From NCBI RefSeq assembly GCF_000181795.1, contig NW_003526946.1:739351-803350 (forward strand): a stretch of DNA of 64,000 nt, in the 5' to 3' direction. This document shows, piece by piece, positions 54,155-64,000 of this stretch. Position 1 is the stretch's first letter. The number at the start of each line of letters is the position of its first letter. The position numbers and the translations under genes are program-made. Origin of the DNA: Trichinella spiralis (Eukaryota). The notes beneath the pieces were generated by a model. The model saw only the letters and a program-made list of their open reading frames with translations. It searched no databases and was not told the origin of the DNA.

Positions 54155-54751
54155 TGTTGAGAAATCTTTTCTCGATACTTGCCCATCACTATCTAAAAAT
54201 ACCCGTGGCAACAAAACAGTGATCCTGGTACGAAAACAACAGTTGCGCAACGCCAGTTGCACCCCTTGTTTTTCTCAATGGAAAACAATGGAATAGCAAT
54301 TAAGCGGTGAAAAGGTCAGCGTCCTGTCATATATCTGCCACAACTCCGGTGGCCAGTTGCTGAAAAAGCGTCAAAGTGAAATGTGGCTGACAGCGCGCCT
54401 GTTCAGACTTCGGCTAAGCTGCACAGTCTAAGGGACTGCGCAACCAAGCCGATTTCCTAATTACTTTTCGACAATCTAGGTCACCAGACGCGGAGTGAGG
54501 TCAAGAAAAAGATATAAATACAAGTGCGGAGGGAGGAGGGAACATTAACACCAACATTAACACAATCACACGGTACACACCGTCTCGAACACCGCCTGAA
54601 CCGTTTCTCTTGCTATCTCATTGTATTACTCACTGCTTTATTCCGAATAAACCGATTCTCAGTCAAACCCGTTGTCACTGATATTCTATAATTAATACAT
54701 ACAGTCCACTACCAAAAAGATCCTCAAGTTCAAACTAAAGATTTTCCAACA
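54155..54751 (+). mobile_element. Solo LTR (597 bp) with a 5-bp target-site duplication
   Basis: Starts TGTTGAGAAATCTTT and ends AAAGATTTTCCAACA (13/15 inverted match). Flanked by ACATA at 54150-54154 and 54752-54756. Internal TATAAA 54513-54518 and AATAAA 54646-54651. Confidence 0.85.
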
Positions 54752-55484
54752 ACATATATATGGTTTGCCTGTCCGATGGTCAGACCTGATTAACGGAGTA
54801 AGCATTACCCCCGCCGTTAACCCGGAGATTAATTAAGAAAGTCAACGCTGCTCATTCGTCATTTGTTGAAAATTATTCTCATTTGCAATGAAAGAATTTT
54901 GTTTTAATCTTTCCAAACTATTTCCCTCTTCAACAGAGTTCAGTTTTCCTTTCTATGTTTTATTTGAATGAAAAGTAAAAATCTGGAATTTTATTTACAA
55001 ATAAATTAACATATTTCTTTATTCATTTTTTGTAAGTTATGTAAAATTTGTTTTTCAATATCGATACTACACCGATTCTAGGGTTGATTTTTATGAATCA
55101 GATTTTTCACATTTTTTCAATCACGATTGAAAATCCTACGATTCGAATGGTATTTTTAAATAATCGGTCCGACTTGACCTAAATTCCAGCTCCAATAGCG
55201 AGCATTAAGCTGTCACTCTACCAACGTTTGTGATTGATTTATCACCACACCTGTCGTTGTTTTTGTGGCAAAAATAAACAATCGATATTATTATTATTAT
55301 TATTATTAATTTTTATTATTATTGAATCGAGAACAATAGTCAATTAGTTAGTTGGGGTTTTCGTTCGTGGGGGAGAGAAGTCCTTGAATCAGTTCGCTCG
55401 TATTTACCTGTTGTTTGATTGTATATTCAATAAAATATACTTACAATTATCAGATACAAAAGCGAGATTTGTAAAATTCAGTAA

Positions 55485-55637
55485 TCGGTTTTACTTTAGA
55501 TATTGAAGAGAAATTTAATACAATTTACACAAAATGTATAATTACAAATTTTTACTTTAAACAAAATTCCAGATTTTATTTTTTATTTAAATGAAACATA
55601 AGAAGAAAAACAATAACTCTTGTGAACAGGAGCGAAA
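55485..55637 (+). repeat. ~153-bp module, repeated directly at 57239-57393 and inverted at 58669-58823
   Basis: TCGGTTTTACTTTAGATATTGAA...GAACAGGAGCGAAA is readable at all three places; a more diverged inverted copy lies near 54920-55050. Confidence 0.9.
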
Positions 55638-55638
55638 A

Positions 55639-58600
55639 ACGATGAAAAAATAAAAAAACAAAGCAATACAATGCAGATACAATGCAATGCAGTACAAATA
55701 AAATACAATCCACCACTTGAATGGTCGCATTAACCTTTATCTTACTGAAATTTTATCCGTTAAATTTATATTGTATTTACATGAAGTAACAGAAATTGTA
55801 AAGAAATTAAGTAAACAATGTTTAAAGCATAAATTTAAGGTTTTTCTCATAATTTAATGATGAGTAGAACTGAATTTCCAAAAGGGAACTTCGCCTGCTT
55901 TTTCACATTTAAATGAATGATTGTCGCACTAGAAAGTTCCATTTGCTAAATATTCCTTTTCTATCAATGGTAAGTTTTCTAATTCGAGGTTTCACTGTTT
56001 TTCATTTATGTATTCATGGCATGGCATCATGGCTGATAATTTTTCTTAACTTTATGATATTGCATATTTAATTTTTATGGAAAAAACAAATTTTTTGATT
56101 GATATAAAAAACGGAAGTGCTGTTCATATAGATGCAGCGCAACATTAAATGGTTCGAAACAAATAAGTTGATAAAAAGCAAACTTTTAAAAAAAACAGTT
56201 ATTCTCGTCGGTGCCATTTACAGTTTTCTTTCTGTTAGCATCCTCAAAGTGGTTTACTTTTATCACGCCGAATGCATAAATACTGTTGAGAAGAATCCCA
56301 ACCCTAACAGTTGCTTTGCTTGTCAGATAAATTACATTTTAGCTAGCAATTATGTGAGATTTATGCATAAGATGCTTTTCCGTTTGTCAGAAAATATTCT
56401 GATGATTAGCTAATGGCGATTGTAATACAATGGAAAAATCAACAAGTGATGAACTGTCCGCAGCTGCAGTTGTCAGCTTAAACTAGGCGTGGCAACTGCT
56501 AACTTGTTAGCATTTAAATACTTTTCAAATTTCAGGCTGACTGTTCTCTGAAAATGTTTCCTGATGGCAATTAAAGATTTCATTTTCAACTTCAGAAAGT
56601 TTTGACTTCTTTCATCAGTGTTATTGTTTAAAGTCGCATATTTTATTTAAATAGAAAATTAAAAATCTGCGATATTATTTAAAAATCAAAAAACAAATTA
56701 GTTTTACATATTTTGCGTAAATTGTAAACTTTCTATTTTAACATCTGAACGAAACCGATTAGTGCGCTGGTGAATACCAGAAATTAGAATTTCAGTATTT
56801 GTGTTCAGCATGATGCCGTAGAAATGCGCAAGGCATAAATTCAAGCAATAATACTGCTAGTCTGGAATTTTGCAATACTTCAGGCAGACGTTTTCTCAAA
56901 TGGATAATTCACTGCTTGATCAAGGCAGCAAACCCTTTGATACTGCCCAGATATTGTTCACTCCAAACAATGGGAATGAAAGTTAAGGCACCAAATGAGA
57001 AATCAATATATGCTTTATGTTTGCCGACGAGGATAATCAGCAATGATCATATTTTGGCAGAAAATATGCAATGCTAGAGGAAGATAATGAGAGATGAAAA
57101 ATAATTTTCTTTTTCTTTCACTTTTGTTTGTTAAAATAATTTCTAAATCCGACAGATCCTTTTTGATGTGGAATGTTCAACATTTGGTTATCATCGTAAT
57201 ACAACAATTGCAACTTGAATGTTTAATCAACCAAGTTGTCGGTTTTACTTTAGATATTGAAACAGAAATTTAATACAATTTACACAAAATATATAATTAC
57301 AAATTTTTTACTTTAAACAAAATTCCAGATTTTATTTTTTATTTTAATGAAACATAAGAAGAAAAACAATAACTCTTGTGAACAGGAGCGAAAGATTGGA
57401 AGATTAAATTTTTTTGCAAGCCAGAAATATTTTCAAAGAACACTACAGCTGAAATCAGAAAAGTGTTTCGATGCTAAAATTCAGCAATCACCACTCCCAG
57501 TTTTAGCTGAAAACTGCAGCTGTAGACAATTTATCAATTTTAGATTTTCTCTTTGTACTTGAGTAGCCTTCAACTAGCCTTCATCAGAACAATATCTGGC
57601 AAATAGAAAAGAACCTTAGGCATAAATCTGATTTCATTGTTAGCTAAGAAGGTAATTTATATGATAAGTAAAAGCAACTGTTGGCTGACATTTCTTTTGA
57701 ACGGTATTTTTAATTTTAAACTCGAATGGATGAATAAAAGTCAAGCGCTTCGAAAGCAGAAAGTGATGAACAGCACCAAGCAGAAAAGCTGTTAAAGCTG
57801 CTTCAAATTCACTTTGCAGTGTACGCGAAAAGAAATGGCTTGCTTGTGATATTACAATCATAATGCTGCTTATCTCAGCACACATCCAATATTTATCATT
57901 ACGATTTATCCGATTCAGTGTGTAGAATTTTCTTTCCTATACTAATTTCTGTTAGTGCCTTTTTGTAATTACAAACTGAATTAAATCATTATTTGCCTCC
58001 ATCATTAAAAGATATCAAAGGAACGATAAGGAAAAGAGCACAAGGAAGTTCACGCTATACACAGCAGTAAGAGAAATTAGCATTTGCACCATTCCGGTTG
58101 ATTTGTTTAGCTTAATTAGCTGCGGCAAGCTTCATGCCCAGCAGCATTTTACTTCGTGCTTTACAGTGTACTTCCGCTTACTCCAGTATTAATAATAACG
58201 GAATCTATTTCCGTGTTTATTTTCTGTTCATTGCCGTCCAGTCCAGAAAGCCGTATCCATCAGAATTTCAGCAAACAAAAAATCTCATATACACGATATC
58301 GGATATATGATTCATCAATTTCTTATGATGAGTTATTACAACAGGCAAGCAAATACAATGTACAATGTCCAAATAGAATGGCAACGAACAGTTTTTTCAC
58401 CCATCAGATAAATAACGCTTTAGCTGGCAATTATATGAAATTTATGCATAAGATGCTTTTCCATTTGCCAGAAATTGTTCTGCTGAGTAGCTAATGGCGA
58501 TTTTACTAGAATGGGAACATTTAAAATTTATAAATTGTCTAAAGCTGCAGTTTATAGCTAAAAGTTGGAGTGGTGATTGCTGAATTTTAGCATCGAAACA

Positions 58601-60427
58601 CTTTTCTGATTTCAGCTGGTGTTCTTTGAAAATATTTCTGGCTTGCAAAAAAATTTAATCTTCCAATCTTTCGCTCCTGTTCACAAGAGTTATTGTTTTT
58701 CTTCTTATGTTTCATTAAAATAAAAAATAAAATCTGGAATTTTGTTTAAAGTAAAAAATTTGTAATTATATATTTTGTGTAAATTGTATTAAATTTCTGT
58801 TTCAATATCTAAAGTAAAACCGACAACTTGGTTGATTAAACATTCAAGTTGCAATTGTTGTATTACGATGATAACCAAATGTTGAACATTCCACATCAAA
58901 AAGGATCTGTCGGATTTAGAAATCATTTTAACAAACAAAAGTGAAAAAAAAAGAAAATTATTTTTCATCTCTCATTATCTTCCTCTAGCATTGCATATTT
59001 TCTGCCAAAATATGATCATTGCTGATTATCCTCGTCGGCAAACATAAAGCATATATTGATTTCTCATTTGGTGCCTTAACTTTCATTCCCATTGTTTGGA
59101 GTGAACAATATCTGGGCAGTATCAAAGGGTTTGCTGCCTTGATCAAGCAGTGAATTATCCATTTGAGAAAACGTCTGCCTGAAGTATCGTAAAAATTCCA
59201 GACTAGCAGTATTATTGCTTGAATTTATGCCTTGCGCATTTCTACGGCATCATGCTGAACACAAATACCGAAATTCTAATTTCTGGTATTCACCAACGCA
59301 CTAGTCGGTTTCGTTCAGATGTTAAAATAGAAAGTTTACAATTTACGCAAAATATGTAAAACTAAATTTGTTTTTTGATTTTTAAATAATATCGCAATTT
59401 TTAATTTTTTATTTAAATAAAATATGCGACTTTAAACAATAACACTGATGAAAGAAGTCAAAACTTTCTGAAGTTGAAAATGAAATCTTTAATTGCCATC
59501 AGGAAACATTTTCAGAGAACAGTCAGCCTGAAATTTGAAAAGTATTTAAATGCTAACAAGTTAGCAGTTGCCATGCTAAGTTTAAGCTGACAACTGCAGC
59601 TGTGGACAATTCATCACTTGTTGATTTTTCCATTGTATTACAATCGCCATTAGCTAATCAGAATATTTTCTGACAAACGGAAAAGCATCCTATGCATAAA
59701 TCTCACATAATTGCTAGCTAAAATGTAATTTATCTGACAAGCAAAGCAACTGTTAGGGTTGGGATTCTTCTGAACAGTATTTATGCATTCGGCGTGATAA
59801 AAGTAAACCACTTTGAGAATGCTAACAGAAAGAAAGCTGTAAATGGCACCGACCAGAATAACTGTTTTTTTTAAAAGTTTGCTTTTTATCAACTTATTTG
59901 TTTCGAACCATTTAATGTTGCGCTGCGTCTATATGAACAGCAGTTCCGTTTTTTATGTAAATCAAAAAATTCTGTTTTTTCCATAAAAATTAAATATGCA
60001 ATATCATAAAGTTAAGAAAAATTATCAGCTATGATGCCATGCCATGAATACATAAATGAAAAACAGTGAAACCTCGAATTAGAAAACTTACCATTGATAG
60101 AAAAGGAATATTTAGCAAATGGAACTTTCTAGTGCGACAATCATTCATTTAAATGTGAAAAAGCAGGCGAAGTTCCCTTTTGGAAATTCAGTTCTACTCA
60201 TCATTAAATTATGAGAAAAACCTTAAATTTATGCTTTAAACATTGTTTACTTAATTTCTTTACAATTTCTGTTACTTCATGTAAATACAATATAAATTTA
60301 ACGGATAAAATTTCAGTAAGATAAAGGTTAATGCGACCATTCAAGTGGTGGATTGTATTTTATTTGTACTTCATTGCATTGTATCTGCATTGTATTGTTT
60401 TGTTTTGTTTTTTTATTTTTTCATCGT
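55639..60427. repeat. Large inverted repeat / foldback: arms 55639-57497 and 58567-60427, spacer ~1.07 kb
   Basis: The arms are reverse complements with only scattered differences; the mirrored ORFs 56132-56413(+)/59650-59892(-) and 57347-57562(+)/58442-58648(-) confirm this. Confidence 0.95.
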
Positions 60428-60969
60428 AATTTCATTTTCTTACTTTTCTCAATTTGAGAACAACAGAATTATTTGAAAACAGTCGAAAGATTAGAAGTAA
60501 AATTTGACAAATAGAATGAAATAAAATTTGACAAATAGAATGCAGAGGAATGACAACAAATGAAATTTAGAGGCGTGTCAGAGCAGCAACCAACGAAATT
60601 TTACTGCGAAAAAGTAGGCGGAGTCAGGAAGAAAATCGGGTCAATCCTGTTCAGAATTACGGCATTCTTTCGGTGATGTCAGCTTTGGCACGTGGTTATG
60701 ATGGTTGGATGTTTTCATTTTAATTTGTCCCAGTAATCATGATGCCGATTACACGGTTTTCGCTCGCAAACTGTAAAATTGGAAATGTTGATGAAGTTTG
60801 TTTGCGCAAATTGAAAAAATCAGAAATTTTTCTGGAAGTTGGTTCTGTTGATGTTGATCGTATAAATCATTTTTATGATTTCGCATGTGAAGACGTCATT
60901 CAAATTTTACCATCCTGTCACTGGTTTCTGTTTCAATGACTGACATTTCATCTGGATGCCGTTTTATGT

Positions 60970-62428
60970 ATGCAGTACAGCGGAAGAACAGACGTGTTTG
61001 GACAACAACGTTCTTGGACTGTTGTCAAATGTGGAATGGTTTGCAACGTAACCGAATGTGTTTTCTCCCGGTTGAAGTCGCACTGCACAAAACACTCTCT
61101 ACACCTCACATTGCATTGTAGCATCTGCAGGAAGCCGTTTCTCTCCATTAACTCAGTCGCCTCCCACAATCCGCACTCCATGAAAGCCTCTGGAGGTCCT
61201 GAAAGACCATCAGAAAGCTCCTAATCCTCTACGGTTTGGTATACTGTAGTTCTGCAGTAAGACTGGGTAAGCAGCCATCTACTGACCGCGCCCCCTTCTT
61301 TCTGAAGCGCGCTCCGATAAACAATACTGTATATACTGTGAGGTGAGCGAACACCTCAAACTGATGAACCTTGGCTCTGCATCGGGCTCCGATGGAGTCA
61401 AGGTGTCCCGCTTCCGTGAAATTGGCCCCACTGTCTCTCTAAGGTCATTAAGACTTTTCTGCTGGAGAGACACATCCCCCAGATCCTACAGGATTCCGGT
61501 CTATCACGATTGGCTTGTGTATGTACCGGCTCTTCAGCAAGATTGTAACAAACCCGCTCAGCGAATTAACACCCCTCAACCGCTGTCAAAGGCCTTCTAG
61601 TCAGGCACGGATGGCGCTTTTGACAACGTCAGTAACGTGGCTTCGCTCCTCAAACTGGCTCGCAGAACAGGTAAGGAAATTAATTTTGCATGCATAGACT
61701 TAGCCAATGGCTTTGACACAATTAATCACACCTCAATCACACGTGCTCTCTGCAGAAATGGGGTGGACTTCGGCTCAGTAGAGCATGTCGAAACAGTGGT
61801 AGGCAGTCCCTCAGCAATGTAAGCTGCCCGATTGATGTCTACGACAGCGATTAAGCCAGTGCCCTGAAGTAGATGCAGCGCTTTCACATATAAACATCCC
61901 GCCAACTCTAAAAATATACTGAACCCCATCTTTCTCGAGGAGGTTACGCGGCACCTCCAAAAAATGAAGGTGAAAACGTCAGCAGGCCCTGACGGAATAC
62001 AGGTGTCGCACCTTCGTACGTGCGACCCGGTGTGCCTAACGAAGGCCTCTAACCTTTTTCTACTCACTAGATGCATCCCCCAACAGCTCAAGGATTGTCG
62101 CACCACTCTCATTCCTAAAACCGACAGTCCCCACCCTGATGCTGAAGACTACAGGCCTATAACTGTTGCTTCCTGCTTGTACCGGCTCTTCAGCAAAATT
62201 GCAATGAGGCGGCTAGAAAATTCTTTTTCCCTCCATCCACGTCAAAAGGCCTTACTGTCGGGCACTAATGGTGCTTTCGACAACACTGCTACAATAATGA
62301 CCATTATTAGAGAAGCGCACCTTTCCACTTTCTCTGCTTCCTCACAGAAGTCCACAAAATATCAGTGGACAGCTGACCACATGAGAGATGTGCAAGAAGT
62401 TGAGGAAGAGCCAGCCGCTAGGAAGAGC
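60970..62428 (+). pseudogene. Degenerate, scrambled R2-type non-LTR retrotransposon fragments
   Basis: Zinc-finger piece (HCTKHSLHLTLHCSICRKPFLSINSVASH); two separate RT N-terminal pieces (GSDGV..CMYRLFSKI..IDLANGFDTINH and SAGPDGI..RTTLIPK..YRPITVASCLYRLFSKI..HPRQK); Myb-start piece (SSQKSTKYQWTADH). Stops and frameshifts are present. Confidence 0.88.
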
Positions 62429-64000
62429 TAACTATGACTCTTTTCTGGCGTGCGGCGGCCTAATTTCTATTGCTCTCTCGCTGAAAGAAATCGCTGCGTA
62501 AGTCAGTATCTTTTCATAGTTTTTCGGTCTCTTAGGGTCTTCTAAATGGGAAAGCAGTCTCGTCCTGCACAGGAAAAGTCTTCTACTGCTGCAGGGTCTG
62601 ACGGGCAAGCCCGATCAGACAGGGGAAGGCGGAACCACGCTGAAGTTCTCTATCCGGGACCGTTTAAATGCACTATATGCACCTTTACCGAGTGTGTTTA
62701 CTCACGCTTTAGTAATCACTGCACGAAACACGGCTTGCACTTAGAGTTACACTGTAGTATTTGCACCAAAGTGTTTCCCAGCATATACTCTGTCGCTTGC
62801 CACTATTCACGATGCGCAAAAACCCATAGGAACCCTGAAAACCCTGAAATTCCATCCGGGTCCAATTTGTATGACCTTCATTCAAACGAACTAGCCGTGG
62901 GAAACAGTGAAATGGAAACTAGGTCATCCATCAAACGAGCAACTGTTGTTGACAGGTGCTTAATGGCCCCTTTGTTTAACGTGTCAACTGTTGAGAGAAC
63001 AGATGCCAGGCTCGTTTGCGCAACGATAGATGACAGGCGTGAGAAGATAACAGCCGTGTCGGCATCTTTGAAGAACGGCATTACCTGTCAGTCATCGTTC
63101 GAAGCGCTAATGGACTCGGCACCTGTTGTTTCTAACAGTTGCGAAGTTTCCGAGATCAAAGAAGTGCCGCCGGCGCGGATAAACATGCGTTTAAGATCTA
63201 GAAAAGCATGTTTAAACATCCCAGAGTCGCCGCGCCCTCCAGGAACACCACGGACGGCACCCCACAGTCCTGACGGGTCCCATTCCAACCAAGGGTCTAG
63301 CGCACCAAGCACCAGCTCTACACGCGCGTCTAATAACCGCCCCGCAAGCACTAACACACAAGGCACGCATGTCTGCTCCGTCTGCTCACGCGTCTTTAAC
63401 TCTTTCCCTGGGTTGCGTCTGCATGAGAAAAGGGTGCACCCCGCCACCTTCGCCGCGTCTTCCCAGAAGTCCGTAAAACATCTATGGACTATCGACCACC
63501 TGCGCGAAGTGAAGGAAGTTGAGGAGATGCTGGCCGCTAATAATAGTCGGTCAGTAAAGGCCTTAGCCGAAGCGCTGTCTCGCAAGTGGTCCGAGGACAT
63601 ATCCATGGATATGGCCAAATACCTGCGGAAGAAGCTGCGGGCGGTGGACCTAAATTCAGCACAGCCTACTAACACAGCACTCACTGACGGTGTAAACAGT
63701 CCCAGGGAGGGCCCCGAGAACACAACTGAGGAGGGGGAGAGCCTAAACAATGGCTCACAGGTCGTAGGCACGGAAATCATGGGACCGGAGCGCTTTCCGG
63801 AGTGTGACTCTTTTCAGACGCACTCGGCGAACGCGGATCTGAGCAACCCATGCCCACAACATCCCGATGGCTCGCTAAGCGAGCAGGGATTGGATCGGGA
63901 CCAAGGGGGTGTACTCCGTAAACACCTGGAGGATGGCTTGGCCTCCTGCAATAGCGAGTTTGGAAGGACTTTTAAATTTTATTGTTAATAAAGTATTAAA
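62429..64000 (+). mobile_element. R2 non-LTR retrotransposon 5' portion (three zinc fingers plus Myb, R2-A-type architecture); runs off the window
   Basis: ORF 62546-63988 has CCHH (CTIC..H..KH), CCHC (CSIC..HYSRC), CCHH (CSVC..HEKRVH) and a Myb-like KHLWTIDHL..RKK. The 5' junction begins with the 28S-like TAACTATGACTCT. Confidence 0.88.

Noticed and set aside
56132..59892. Short mirrored ORFs inside the palindrome arms as a gene family
   Set aside because: Low-complexity translations of repeat modules with no domain, and frames not conserved among module copies.
62478..62492. CTGA..GAAA as a hammerhead ribozyme core
   Set aside because: The motifs are adjacent, with no room for stem II and no CUGANGA consensus.

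Overview
AT-rich eukaryotic genomic DNA with dense short GT-AG introns, most consistent with a clade I nematode such as Trichinella (inference from gene structure and protein divergence, not from a database search). Bases 1-53.4 kb are gene-dense. They contain sideroflexin, RPS16, RPL17, a TPR/Megator-like nucleoporin, a FAR1/MULE-type zinc-domain gene, LENG8, an intronic box C/D snoRNA, RABL3, two tandem 7TM-like genes, APC2, NAPE-PLD, TMEM17, MBF1/EDF1, Fe65/APBB, tRNA dimethylallyltransferase and cyclin H. The last 10 kb is repeat-derived: a solo LTR, a ~4.8 kb foldback palindrome and a nest of R2-type retrotransposon pieces. The most notable signals are missed by the ORF track: (1) a 6-nt microexon in Fe65 at the position of the vertebrate neural APBB1 microexon, with SRRM4-like cis-elements; (2) a snR78/SNORD52-like snoRNA in an apparently non-coding spliced host; (3) an R2-A-type element outside rDNA that carries a 28S target-site tag at its 5' junction; (4) an APC2 with an N-terminal C2H2 finger exon; (5) an intron-containing gene built on a transposase-type DNA-binding domain. 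Exon boundaries were read by eye and protein identities come from recalled motifs.
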